From: a bacterium
Lineage (GTDB): Bacteria > Patescibacteriota > Dojkabacteria > JAKAPS01 > JAJZLI01
Direction of reading: 5' to 3'
DNA: 62,792 nt
Assembly (NCBI GenBank): GCA_021785355.1
Contig: JAJYFR010000005.1
Location: forward strand, 1 to 62,792
Shown one piece after another: positions 46,674 through 57,468 of the stretch; within the stretch, counting starts at the first letter, position 1, and the number at the start of each line of letters is the position of its first letter. The position numbers and the translations under genes are program-made. The notes under the pieces were generated by a model. The model was not told where the DNA came from. It saw only the letters and a list, made by a program, of their open reading frames with translations, and searched no databases.

Positions 46674-47339
46674 ATGAGAGAAGAATATATAAAAAAAATA
46701 TTAGAAAAACTACAAGAAAGATACCCTCAAAGTAAAATAACACTTAATTATACAAATTGGTATGAATTATTAATAGCGACAATACTCGCAGCTCAGTGTA
46801 CAGATAAAAGAGTAAATATTGTTACTGAAAAATTATTTGTTAAGTACAAAACACTAAAAGATTATGGCGATGCAGATTTAAAAGAATTAGAAAAAGATAT
46901 TTATTCTACTGGATTTTATAGAAATAAAGCAAAAAATATAAAACATCTTGCAAATAAATTAATAAAAAAAGATAAAATCCCACAAAGTATGGATGAACTT
47001 ATAAAACTTCCTGGAATAGGAAGAAAAACCGCCAATGTATTCTTATCAAATTACCTAAATAAAAATGAAGGAGTTATAGTTGATACACATATGATAAGGA
47101 TAAGTAATCTTTTAAAATTAGTACATTCAAAAAACCCTTCTATAATAGAGAAAAAACTTAATAATATTATACCTAAAAAAGATTATCTTCTATTTTCAAA
47201 TTTAATAATATCATTAGGTAGAGATACATGTATTGCAAAAAAACCTAAATGTAATATATGTATATTACAAAATATATGCCCATCTGCTAATATAAAAAAT
47301 CCCACTAAGATTGAGGGTGAGAAAAGCTCAGTGGGATAA
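46674..47339 (+). CDS. nth: Endonuclease III
   Basis: HhH-GPD motif LPGIGRKTANV, DTHMIRI and the 4Fe-4S cluster CIAKKPKCNICILQNIC. Confidence 0.9.
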   Translation: MREEYIKKILEKLQERYPQSKITLNYTNWYELLIATILAAQCTDKRVNIVTEKLFVKYKTLKDYGDADLKELEKDIYSTGFYRNKAKNIKHLANKLIKKDKIPQSMDELIKLPGIGRKTANVFLSNYLNKNEGVIVDTHMIRISNLLKLVHSKNPSIIEKKLNNIIPKKDYLLFSNLIISLGRDTCIAKKPKCNICILQNICPSANIKNPTKIEGEKSSVG

Positions 47340-47438
47340 AGATTTTTATCTTCAATCTATATTCTAAAAAACACAGATTAAAGATACATGAAATAATTTG
47401 CACAAAATTTTCCTATCTGTTATTCTCGTATATAGTAT

Positions 47439-48536
47439 ATGATAAAAGCATTAACACCTGAAAATAACACAGAATCTATTCTACATCAAAGTTTGAATAT
47501 AGATGATATTAATAATCCATATTTTATAGAATTAGAATACAAAAATGAAGAAAAAGTTATTCTAGATGGAAAGGAAATAGTAGATCTATTTAAAGAAAGA
47601 ATAGATCCTTATAAAAATCATTCTACACTTATTTCTAAAAGAAGAAATCTAAGACCTCAACCTGACATAAAAGATACAGAGTATATTAAAGTTCAATCTT
47701 GTCTTTTTGATAACCTTGATGAAGTTGCAAAACCTACAATCAAATATGAAGAATATGGAACATATATAGCTCCAAACCCCTTTGCTTTTAATCCGGGTTT
47801 TCATAGTATTGTTTTTACTAAAGATCATATAGAAACTATAGATCAAATTGAAGAAAAACATATAGAAGGAATATTTAATGTTCTACAAATCAAAGCTTTA
47901 GAAATATCAAAGTATCCTAATATTAATCAACTCGATATGGGGATGAATTTTGGGACAAATAAATTAAAATATACATCAGGAGCATCACAACCTCATCTAC
48001 ACGCACAAATAGGTGCTGTATATAACACAGGGTTTATGCCTCAACAAGATAATATACAGAATATTAATGATTATTATAAGAATAAAGGAATAGATTATGA
48101 AGGTTTATATCTGAGTGCTATAAAATCATCAGATCTACTTATAATAGAAAACGAAAATTTCATGGCTTATACACCTTTTTCTCCAAGATTTAAAGATGAA
48201 GTTCATATTATATCTAAAAATATGAATATACCCAATATATTATCATTGGATCAAAATAAACTGGAAGATTTATCGAAATTGATATATAGTATATTAAAAG
48301 GATATCAAGAAATGAGGGTGAGGAGTGAGAGTGGAATTCTTACCAATGTTGATATAAAAAGTTTTAATATAGAAATTCTAGGATTGAGATTTGATAGATT
48401 GGAAGGAAGAATGCTTATAAACATAATACCTAGACAAACAGATATAGCATATTCCGAATTAATGGGAAGATTTGTTATAGATAGAGAGCCTGAGAATACC
48501 GCAAATATATTAAGAAAAGCTATAAAAAATGAATAA
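47439..48536 (+). CDS. GalT-like (HIT superfamily) hexose-1-phosphate nucleotidyltransferase or NDP-sugar phosphorylase
   Basis: SQPHLHAQI matches the H-x-H-x-Q active site of galactose-1-P uridylyltransferase-type enzymes. It is the first gene of the glycogen operon. Confidence 0.5.
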   Translation: MIKALTPENNTESILHQSLNIDDINNPYFIELEYKNEEKVILDGKEIVDLFKERIDPYKNHSTLISKRRNLRPQPDIKDTEYIKVQSCLFDNLDEVAKPTIKYEEYGTYIAPNPFAFNPGFHSIVFTKDHIETIDQIEEKHIEGIFNVLQIKALEISKYPNINQLDMGMNFGTNKLKYTSGASQPHLHAQIGAVYNTGFMPQQDNIQNINDYYKNKGIDYEGLYLSAIKSSDLLIIENENFMAYTPFSPRFKDEVHIISKNMNIPNILSLDQNKLEDLSKLIYSILKGYQEMRVRSESGILTNVDIKSFNIEILGLRFDRLEGRMLINIIPRQTDIAYSELMGRFVIDREPENTANILRKAIKNE

Positions 48537-50043
48537 TTTAAAGTTATTATATACAGCAGCTGAGATATACCCTTATGCAGGTGTAGGTGGACTAGGTCAA
48601 GTATCATATTTCCTTACAAAACAACTGAAAAAATTAAATATTGATGCAAGAATATTTATGCCTAAGTATGGGAATATAGATGAAGATATATATCCTATGG
48701 AAATGTTATATGAAGGAATAAAAATATCATCACAGAATGGAAAAGAAATCATTTGTAATATAAAAAAATATGAGAGTGAAGATAATACAATACCAATAGT
48801 ATATTTTCTTGAAAATATGGAATTTTTTGAGAAAAGATCCAATGTATATGGATATAATGATGATGATATAAGATTTCTTCTTCTATCAAGAGGTTTAATT
48901 GAATTTTTAAAAATATCAGACTGGACACCAGATGTAGTTAATTCTTCAGACTGGCATACAGGGTTAGTCTCAAATATACTTAAAACTGAATATAGAAATG
49001 ATAAGAAACTTAAAAATATAGCAACAGTATTTAGTATTCACAATTTAATGTTTCATGGTCTGCTTGTTGATAGAGAACCAAATAATCTAGATTTTGATAA
49101 TGGAAAAAATGATATAGCTGATATATTTAGTCCACTTCTAAAAAAACAAAACTTTATGAGAAGAGGAATTATGTACTCTGATATAGTAACAACTGTATCA
49201 GAAAAATATTCAAAAGAAATATTAACAGAAGATTACGGAGAAGGTTTAGAACACCTACTAAGAGAAATAAGAACTAAACTTTATGGAATATTAAATGGAA
49301 TAGATTATTCATATATGAATCCTGAGACAGATCCTAATATAGTAGCCAATTATAACTCAAAATCATTTATAAGAAGAGCTATAAATAAAGAGGATTTACA
49401 AAAAGAATTCAATTTGGAAGTTGGTGATTTTCCTATCATAGGAATGGTAACACGCCTAGACCATCAAAAAGGACTTGATCTAGTAAAAGATATTATAGAA
49501 ACCGCTATAGAAGAACTTAATATTCAATTCGTTATAATAGGAGGAGGAGATCATGGGTTTACAGAATATTTTTCAAAATTAGAAAAAGAATATCCTAAAA
49601 AAGTTGGTACACACCTTATGGCAGATTTCACTCTACCTAAAAAAGTTTTCTCAGGTGCAGATATGATACTCCTTCCTTCTCGATTTGAACCATCAGGAAT
49701 AACTCAGATGGAAGCTATGAGATATGGAGCCATTCCTATTGCAAGAAATGTAGGAGGATTATCTGACTCCATAGATAATTTTAATTCAGAAACACATGAA
49801 GGAAATGGATTTTTATTTAATGAATACAACCCATATGCCTTGATGTGTGCTCTTACAAGAGCTGTTGAAATTTATCATAATCAAGATATATGGAATAAAA
49901 TAATTAAATCAGCAATGGAAAAAGATTTTTCATGGGAAAATTCTGCACTAAAATATGTAGACATATATAGAAAAGCAATAAAACTTCATTCAAATAAAAA
50001 AATAAGCAAAGAAGAAATCATATATCAAATGTATAATTTATGA
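48529..50043 (+). CDS. glgA: Glycogen/starch synthase (GT5)
   Basis: The N-terminal AAEIYPYAGVGGLGQV is a KxGGL variant. SRFEPSGITQMEAMRYGAIPIARNVGGL is the C-terminal signature. Confidence 0.85.
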   Translation: MNNLKLLYTAAEIYPYAGVGGLGQVSYFLTKQLKKLNIDARIFMPKYGNIDEDIYPMEMLYEGIKISSQNGKEIICNIKKYESEDNTIPIVYFLENMEFFEKRSNVYGYNDDDIRFLLLSRGLIEFLKISDWTPDVVNSSDWHTGLVSNILKTEYRNDKKLKNIATVFSIHNLMFHGLLVDREPNNLDFDNGKNDIADIFSPLLKKQNFMRRGIMYSDIVTTVSEKYSKEILTEDYGEGLEHLLREIRTKLYGILNGIDYSYMNPETDPNIVANYNSKSFIRRAINKEDLQKEFNLEVGDFPIIGMVTRLDHQKGLDLVKDIIETAIEELNIQFVIIGGGDHGFTEYFSKLEKEYPKKVGTHLMADFTLPKKVFSGADMILLPSRFEPSGITQMEAMRYGAIPIARNVGGLSDSIDNFNSETHEGNGFLFNEYNPYALMCALTRAVEIYHNQDIWNKIIKSAMEKDFSWENSALKYVDIYRKAIKLHSNKKISKEEIIYQMYNL

Positions 50044-51437
50044 ACTGGGTAAATTTTTTATATATATATCAGCCCCCCACACAGAAAAAAGAAATATTAA
50101 CTAAGGTTGTTAATGAGAGCTATAGGCCTATAATGAATATGTTGGTTGAAAATCCAAAATATAAATTAACATTAAATATTAATTCAGGTCTTACAGAAAG
50201 AATATTAGAAAATGGAGGAGAGGATATAATAGAAAAAATTAAAATACTCTTAAAAAGAAAACAGATAGATATTACTGATACTTCAGCATATCAAGCTTTT
50301 CTACCATTAATGCCTCTTAAAGAAGTTATACGACAAATAGAAATAAACCACGCAATGCATAAAAATATTTTTGGAGAAAATTATAATCCTGAAGGATTCT
50401 TTTCTCCTTCCTTAGCATATACAGAAGATATATTTAACGTAATCAAAGATTTAAATTATAAATGGATGATCTTAGATGAAAATACTCTAAATGAGAATAT
50501 TGATCATAAAAAAATATATACACATAAAGGTCTCGATATATATATAAGAGATAGAGAGAGAAGTTTTAGAATATTATCAGCTCAATATGATGATTCCTTA
50601 AATTTAATAAAAAATCTTGAACAAAAACTAAGTACAGATGAGTTTTTTATTTCTGCAATGGATGGAGAAACTTTTGGACACCATAAACTAAATTTTGAAA
50701 AAACATTAGAAGACCTATATGCTTCTGACAAAATGAAATCATTTTTAATGAAAGATATATCAAAAAATATAAAAGATAAAAAAGAAATAAATCCTAAAAC
50801 TAGTACTTGGATAATACCTTCAAAAGGAGAGAGTGATGTATTCGAAAGATGGAATAATCCTTCAAATAAAATACAACAAAAACAAATAGATTTAATGGAA
50901 TTTGCTATTAATATTATTAATTCATCTGTATATAAAATAGAAGATCCTTTAGTAACAAATGTTCAACTTGAATATTTATCATCTGAACAAAGAACTTGGA
51001 TGAAAGCAAGGTATATACTAGATCAAGCTTTATACCAAGATCAATTATTTTATTCTTCTGCAAAACCTAGTTGGAATATAGAATTAATTGAAAATGGGTC
51101 ATATCTGCTAAATAAAGCTATTGATTTAGTACCAGATACCTCTAAAAAAAATAAAGAGACAGCTAAAAAATTTTATGAATATATACTGTTCACAGCTCTC
51201 GAATGGCAAAAGACAAATAAAGTAGAAAATATTATAAATGAATTCTTTGATGAAGAAAAAATTCCAGAAGAAATTTCTTCGCCAAAATTACATTTACAAG
51301 GTTATATAGATGCAATAAAAAGACTTCGTTTAGAAATGAATAAAGCAAAAGAAGTAGAAGATTATGAAACATGTCAAACTCTCAAAGAAAGAATAGAAGA
51401 GATAGAAGAAAAAAAAGAAAATTTTAAATTAGAATAA
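50040..51437 (+). CDS. Glycoside hydrolase family 57 protein with C-terminal UVR-like motif
   Basis: GH57 conserved regions: IYQPP (HQP-like), WMILDE and MDGETFGHH. The C-terminal EVEDYETCQTLKERIEEIE is UVR-like. Confidence 0.7.
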   Translation: MNWVNFLYIYQPPTQKKEILTKVVNESYRPIMNMLVENPKYKLTLNINSGLTERILENGGEDIIEKIKILLKRKQIDITDTSAYQAFLPLMPLKEVIRQIEINHAMHKNIFGENYNPEGFFSPSLAYTEDIFNVIKDLNYKWMILDENTLNENIDHKKIYTHKGLDIYIRDRERSFRILSAQYDDSLNLIKNLEQKLSTDEFFISAMDGETFGHHKLNFEKTLEDLYASDKMKSFLMKDISKNIKDKKEINPKTSTWIIPSKGESDVFERWNNPSNKIQQKQIDLMEFAINIINSSVYKIEDPLVTNVQLEYLSSEQRTWMKARYILDQALYQDQLFYSSAKPSWNIELIENGSYLLNKAIDLVPDTSKKNKETAKKFYEYILFTALEWQKTNKVENIINEFFDEEKIPEEISSPKLHLQGYIDAIKRLRLEMNKAKEVEDYETCQTLKERIEEIEEKKENFKLE

Positions 51438-51444
51438 TACAAAA

Positions 51445-52878
51445 ATGTTTTGGGCAAATTTATTACATATTTATCAACCTCCTACACAAACAGAAAAAAT
51501 GCTTTCACAGATCACCTCTGAATCATATAATCAGATAATAAAAGCTTTAAAAATCAATCCAAGAGCTAAATTAACAATGAATATAAATGCATCATTATCA
51601 GAATTATTCGTAGAATATAAATATCATAAACTAATAGATGATATAAAATTTCTTCTTAAAAATGGACAATTAGAACTTACAGATTCTGCTGCATATCATC
51701 CTTTCTTACCATTAATTCCTAAAAATGAAATTATACGACAAATACAATTAAATAATATAATTAATAAAAAAATATTTGGTAAATATTATAACCCAAAAGG
51801 ATTCTTCTCTCCTGAACTTGCCGTATCAAAAGAAATAATACATATTGTAGAAGATTTAGGTTATGAATGGATGATATTTGATGAATTAGCATTTGATCCT
51901 GAAAAAGGTTCTCCTCAGTACGACAGAATATATAGAATAAATAATACTAATATGATAGGTTTTTTTAGAGATAGAGAAATAAGTTTTAAAATACTCTCTG
52001 CTCAATTAGAATCAGGAGATATATTTTTATCTGAAATAGAAAAAACATATAACGATGAAAAATATTTATCTACAGCAATGGATGGAGAAACTTTTGGACA
52101 CCATAGATTAGGATTAGAATTATTATTATTTGACATTTTTAAATCAGATAAAATTGTAACAGAACAATATCAAAATATACCTAAATATTTTATGAAAGAA
52201 GATAGAGTTAATGTAAAAGATTCTACTTGGGCTCTTCTGCCAATTGAACTTCTAAGAAACCAACCTTATAAAAGATGGTATAACGATGAGAATGAAATTA
52301 ATGTAAAACAATGGGATTTTACATATTTTGCTATAAAAGAAATTAACAACTCTCCTTATAAAGTAGAAGATCCAAAAATAACAAGAAAAAAAGAAATCTT
52401 AAGTAAGGAACAAAAACAATGGTTAAAAGCAAGATATAATTTAGATAAAGCTATACACTCTGATCAATATTGGTGGGCATCCGCAAGACCATGGTGGAGT
52501 ATAGATATGATAGATAGAGGTGCTAGTGAAATTAAAAATAGTATCTTGTTACTTCCTAATATCAGTGATAATATAAGAAATAAAGCAATAGAAAGTTATA
52601 AAGATATAATAGTCTCTTCCTTTAGACTGCAAGGTGAAGGTATTATTGATGATATGATAAAAAATTATGATGAAGAAGCATCTGAAATTATAGAAACTAA
52701 ATCTTTAGAAGCTAATCCAAAAGAATATGATAGAGTAATAGAACATTTAAGAAGACAAATGCTAGAAGCAGCAGATAAAGAAAATTTCAAAAAAGCTATT
52801 GAATACAGAAAAAGAATTGAGAATTTGAGAGAAAAACAAAAAAATATAATATCTAACTTAGAATCAAAAAAATTATGA
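51445..52878 (+). CDS. Glycoside hydrolase family 57 protein (paralog) with C-terminal UVR-like motif
   Basis: IYQPP, WMIFDE, MDGETFGHH and SDQYWWASA. The C-terminal KENFKKAIEYRKRIENLRE is UVR-like. Confidence 0.7.
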   Translation: MFWANLLHIYQPPTQTEKMLSQITSESYNQIIKALKINPRAKLTMNINASLSELFVEYKYHKLIDDIKFLLKNGQLELTDSAAYHPFLPLIPKNEIIRQIQLNNIINKKIFGKYYNPKGFFSPELAVSKEIIHIVEDLGYEWMIFDELAFDPEKGSPQYDRIYRINNTNMIGFFRDREISFKILSAQLESGDIFLSEIEKTYNDEKYLSTAMDGETFGHHRLGLELLLFDIFKSDKIVTEQYQNIPKYFMKEDRVNVKDSTWALLPIELLRNQPYKRWYNDENEINVKQWDFTYFAIKEINNSPYKVEDPKITRKKEILSKEQKQWLKARYNLDKAIHSDQYWWASARPWWSIDMIDRGASEIKNSILLLPNISDNIRNKAIESYKDIIVSSFRLQGEGIIDDMIKNYDEEASEIIETKSLEANPKEYDRVIEHLRRQMLEAADKENFKKAIEYRKRIENLREKQKNIISNLESKKL

Positions 52879-54224
52879 ATAGAAAATTAAAAGTATTGTT
52901 TGTATCATCTGAACTAACCCCTATTGTAAAAGTAGGAGGATTAGGAGATGTTGCTGGTACTCTACCTAAATATTTAAAAAATTATGTAGATATAGAATCA
53001 GTTATACCTTTATATAAATCAATATTAACATCAAAACCAGAGACAATACCAAATTCTGATGTAAAAATAAATTATATAGATATTCCTGAGTATTTTTCTT
53101 CAAGAGATAATATTTATGGATACCAAGATGATCCCATAAGATTTGCAGCTTTCTGCAGAGAAATTGTAGATAAAATTTGTGAAGGATACTTTGGAGAGGT
53201 TGATATATTACACCTCAATGATTCTCATACATCTTTTATTCCAATTATGCTTAAAGATAGAGGTATTGATAATGTAAAAACTATACTTACAATTCATAAT
53301 TTAGGATCAGCTTATCAGGGGAGATATTCCCTAGATATTCTAGATATTTTAAAATTAAATAGAACTCATATAACACTAGAGTTTGATAAAGCTGATAAAG
53401 AAATTGATCCTTTATTACAAGGAATTCTTAATGCAGATATAGTATCCACCGTATCTCCTACATATGCACAAGAAATACTCACAAAAGAATATGGAAGCGG
53501 TTTAAATGATTTTTTAGAATTAAGAAAAAATGAGTTATTCGGAATTCTTAATGGTATAGATTATTCTATATTTTCCCCAGAAATAGATAAAACAATATAT
53601 ACGAATTATAATATATCTAATTATAAAATAGGAAAATTAGAAAATAAAAAAAAGCTAATAGAAGAATTGCATATAAATTTCAATACTGATTACCCTATAT
53701 ATTCTTTTATAGCAAGATTAGATTACCAAAAAGGAATAGATATACTTATTTCTGCTATGAAAACATTGAAAGATAAAAATATTCAATTTCTACTTCTAGG
53801 TACAGGAGCAAAAGATTTTGAAAACGAATTACAAGAAATGAACTCTCAGAATAATAATATATTTGCAATAATAGATTTTGACCCTATACTTGCTAATAAA
53901 ATATATGCTTCTGCAGATGCGCTTATAATTCCTTCTAAATACGAACCCTCTGGACTTACTCAAATGATTGCAATGAAATATGGAACTCTTCCTATTGTTA
54001 GATCAACAGGTGGTTTAAAAGATTCAGTTTTTAATATGAAAACAGGTTTTGTATTTGAGAATTATTCTGCACTAGATCTAACAGATACTCTCAAAGAAGC
54101 TAGCGCTATGTATAATACAGGACAGTGGGATCAAATGATACATAATGCTATGAGTGCTGATTTTTCATGGCATAAATCTTCTCAAAAATATCTAGTGTTA
54201 TATAATAAACTTAAAAAAGTTTAA
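52875..54224 (+). CDS. glgA: Glycogen/starch synthase (GT5), second copy
   Basis: KVGGLGDVAG and SKYEPSGLTQMIAMKYGTLPIVRSTGGL. Confidence 0.88.
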   Translation: MNRKLKVLFVSSELTPIVKVGGLGDVAGTLPKYLKNYVDIESVIPLYKSILTSKPETIPNSDVKINYIDIPEYFSSRDNIYGYQDDPIRFAAFCREIVDKICEGYFGEVDILHLNDSHTSFIPIMLKDRGIDNVKTILTIHNLGSAYQGRYSLDILDILKLNRTHITLEFDKADKEIDPLLQGILNADIVSTVSPTYAQEILTKEYGSGLNDFLELRKNELFGILNGIDYSIFSPEIDKTIYTNYNISNYKIGKLENKKKLIEELHINFNTDYPIYSFIARLDYQKGIDILISAMKTLKDKNIQFLLLGTGAKDFENELQEMNSQNNNIFAIIDFDPILANKIYASADALIIPSKYEPSGLTQMIAMKYGTLPIVRSTGGLKDSVFNMKTGFVFENYSALDLTDTLKEASAMYNTGQWDQMIHNAMSADFSWHKSSQKYLVLYNKLKKV

Positions 54225-55672
54225 ATATCTTTTATTATAGGAAAAAATTCAGTTTCTCTTATATTAGAAAGATCTGCTAAAAGCATAAAAAATCTATCTA
54301 AACCTATACCAAATCCACCAGTAGGTGGCATACCATACTCTAATGCTTCTATAAAATCCAAATCCATCATTTGAGCTTCTTTATCTCCTTGATCTCTTAA
54401 TAATTGCTGCTCAGAAAATCTCTCAAATTGATCTTGAGAATCGTTCAATTCTGAAAAAGCATTTCCTAACTCAAAACCTAAAATTAATACTTGAAATCTT
54501 TCTACTATATTAGGGTTATCTTTATGTTTTTTTGCTAATGGAGATATCTCTACTGGGTGATCTATTAAAAATATAGGCCCTTTAATATTAGGTCTTACTA
54601 TTTTTTTATAAATTCTATCAATCCATCTATTCTTATCAGAGGTAATATCATCTTCCAATCCTAATCCTAGTCCTAATTCTCTTAATTTTTCTTTCGTATC
54701 ATATACATCTAAATCACATCCATATTTTTTCATTAAATCAAAATATTTCTCCCTTGGCCAAGGAGCATTAAAATCTATCTCCTGCCCTTTAAATGAAATT
54801 TTTAAAGTTCCAAAAGTTTCATTAATCATATATGTATACATCTGCTCTATGAAATCCATTAATTTTGAATAATCAGAATATGCCCAATAAAATTCCATCA
54901 TATTAAACTCTTGTAAATGTTGCATACTCATTCCTTCATTTCTAAAAACTTTTCCAATTTCAAAAATCTTATCATATCCAGCAACAATAAGCCTTTTTAA
55001 GGGTAATTCTAAGGATATTCTTAAATATAAATCTTGATCTAATGAATTATGATGAGTAATAAAAGGTTCTGCCTCAGCTCCTCCAAAAATTAATTCTAAT
55101 GTAGGTGTATCTACTTCTAAAAAACCTTTTGATAATAAAAAATTTCTACAACTTTGTATAAATTTAGATTTTAATCTCAATTTCTCTTTTAAATCTTTAT
55201 TAGATATTAAATCTACATATCTTTTTCTTATCTTCTCCTCTTCATCTTGTATTCCATAATATTCAGAAGGAAGTGGTCTTAAAGATTTAGTTAGTATTTT
55301 AAAACTCTTCACTTCAATAGATATCTGTCCTGCCTTAGTAGTAAACAAAGTCCCAAAAGCTTCTATGAAATCTCCTATATCAAATAACTCTAACTCTTTA
55401 AAATTATTTAGATTATTTTCACTAAAAAATAATTGTATTTTCCCAGAATCATCCTCTATATCAAAAAATGCAATTTTTCCATGGTTTCTAATACTAATAA
55501 TTCTACCTGCAACAAAAAATTCTTTACCCTCTAATACTGAATAATTATCTATAATATAATTATTAGTATAATCCTTATGAGATATAGAAGGATAAGGATC
55601 TATACCTAAATTAATTAATTTATTTAATTTATCTAATCTTGATTGTTGTAATTCTTTTAAAGTAGCCATCAA
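54221..55672 (-). CDS. lysS: Lysine--tRNA ligase (class II)
   Basis: An N-terminal OB fold, motif 2 FRNEGMSMQHLQEFNMMEFY and motif 3 GGFGIGLDRFFMLL. Confidence 0.92.
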   Translation of the reverse strand: MMATLKELQQSRLDKLNKLINLGIDPYPSISHKDYTNNYIIDNYSVLEGKEFFVAGRIISIRNHGKIAFFDIEDDSGKIQLFFSENNLNNFKELELFDIGDFIEAFGTLFTTKAGQISIEVKSFKILTKSLRPLPSEYYGIQDEEEKIRKRYVDLISNKDLKEKLRLKSKFIQSCRNFLLSKGFLEVDTPTLELIFGGAEAEPFITHHNSLDQDLYLRISLELPLKRLIVAGYDKIFEIGKVFRNEGMSMQHLQEFNMMEFYWAYSDYSKLMDFIEQMYTYMINETFGTLKISFKGQEIDFNAPWPREKYFDLMKKYGCDLDVYDTKEKLRELGLGLGLEDDITSDKNRWIDRIYKKIVRPNIKGPIFLIDHPVEISPLAKKHKDNPNIVERFQVLILGFELGNAFSELNDSQDQFERFSEQQLLRDQGDKEAQMMDLDFIEALEYGMPPTGGFGIGLDRFFMLLADLSNIRETEFFPIIKDI

Positions 55673-55761
55673 AAATTAAAATTTAAAAATTTAAATAAAT
55701 TATACCATATTCTATTGAAAATACTTGACTTTTGGTATAAAATTATAGGCTTAATAATTAT

Positions 55762-57447
55762 ATGGAACAAAAACAAGAAAAATATATATCAAAAGAAGAG
55801 GAGATATCTCAACTTGAGACTATAGTAGATAACAATGAAGATGGTGAAGATAAACCTATTTATGAGAGTACATTTGCAACAAAATATAAACAATTGTTAG
55901 ATAGTCTATTTGTAGGATTATTCTCTTCAGGAATAGCAGTAACAGAATCTATTAGATCTCACCAAGATATAATCACAGCGCTACAAGATAATGCCATATA
56001 TGGAATAGAAGCAGGAGCTTTAATATCTGGTTTATTTTTTGTTAATAAAAGTATACAACAAAGAAAAAATTTAAGAAAAAAAGGTATTCAAAATACTTAT
56101 GAAAAAAATAAAAAAGAAAAAATATTCTCTTTTCTATCAACTCCTATAGATAAAAGTATTCTAGATATAAGCACAGTTCTTCTTACCGAAAAAAGAATGA
56201 ACTATGATGAAGATGAAATATTCTTCAGAGAAATAGAAAAAATAGATTTAAAAGAAACAGAATTATCCGATAAGGATATCAATGAAATATATACAAATAT
56301 AGATTCAAGATTAAATCTAATTGAAATTTTGAGATTAATAAAAAGTTTAGAAAAAAAATATCCAGATATTAAAGATAGAAAAAAAGCAGTATATTCATAT
56401 ATAAGAGAAGATAGTATAGAGAGAAGTAAAGAAATAAAAGAAATGCATGAGAGTGTAGACTTTTTAGATATAAACTTTTTAAAAAAAGAATGGAGAAAGG
56501 TAGACAATTCTATAATGCAGAAAATATATTCAAAAACAGATTATAGAGAAAGAAGAAATATAGCTTTTAATAATATAGAACTTTTATTGGAATATGCAAA
56601 TAAAAAACATATAAATGGTATTAATATAGATTATGTTTCTTCAAATAAACATTTTCATAGAATATTTTCAATAGGAATAATGAAAGAATATAAAGTTCCT
56701 AAATATATAGACCAAATACATCAAGAAAAAGTCATGTTATCTCCTTTCATAGACAGAGACAGCTTAAGTAATGATAAAATAGAAGAATTAGAAAATTTAT
56801 CATATAGAATATATTTATTATATTTAGAAGATCAAAAGTGTAAAAATGATATTTATATAGCAGATTTTATTTTTGATAAAATCCAAACCCTTCCAGTAAA
56901 ACAAAAATATGTTTTTCTAAAAGAAGGAGGTCATGAAAAAATAGAAAATTTAGCCAACAATATTTTGCATTTCTCAAAAACTATTGGTTATAACAAAACC
57001 AGTAATATTAAATCCCAATTAAAAAATATGGATAATAAAGAAAAAGAAGAACATATATTATCCATAATAAAATGTTTATCTGAATATGAAAATCACCAAA
57101 AAAAATATGAACTGGATAATTCAATTTATACACCAGACACAAAACTTTTAGAAGAAATTCTTTCAATAGGATTTTTAACTCATTTCGAAATAAAAAAACC
57201 TGCTAGAAAAGTAAATGACAAAATATTGCAATATTCCTTAAAAATTCTAAAAGATTATTCTAAATTTATGAAAAAAAATTATCCAGATGAATTTAAAAAA
57301 GCTATAGAAAAAGCTTATGATAATTCTTTAATTGATGAGAAAGAATTAAGACGAAAAATGGCAATTTTAAGCATTGATCTAAACTCATTTTCTACAGTAT
57401 TATTCAATATATCATTAATAATACCTGCAATATTGACGGCTAAATAA
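55762..57447 (+). CDS. Large hypothetical protein with TM segments
   Basis: 561 aa and K/E/I-rich, with hydrophobic segments near residues 50-95 and at the C-terminus. No motif recognised. Confidence 0.55.
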   Translation: MEQKQEKYISKEEEISQLETIVDNNEDGEDKPIYESTFATKYKQLLDSLFVGLFSSGIAVTESIRSHQDIITALQDNAIYGIEAGALISGLFFVNKSIQQRKNLRKKGIQNTYEKNKKEKIFSFLSTPIDKSILDISTVLLTEKRMNYDEDEIFFREIEKIDLKETELSDKDINEIYTNIDSRLNLIEILRLIKSLEKKYPDIKDRKKAVYSYIREDSIERSKEIKEMHESVDFLDINFLKKEWRKVDNSIMQKIYSKTDYRERRNIAFNNIELLLEYANKKHINGINIDYVSSNKHFHRIFSIGIMKEYKVPKYIDQIHQEKVMLSPFIDRDSLSNDKIEELENLSYRIYLLYLEDQKCKNDIYIADFIFDKIQTLPVKQKYVFLKEGGHEKIENLANNILHFSKTIGYNKTSNIKSQLKNMDNKEKEEHILSIIKCLSEYENHQKKYELDNSIYTPDTKLLEEILSIGFLTHFEIKKPARKVNDKILQYSLKILKDYSKFMKKNYPDEFKKAIEKAYDNSLIDEKELRRKMAILSIDLNSFSTVLFNISLIIPAILTAK

Positions 57448-57468
57448 AATTAATACATAATACTTGTT

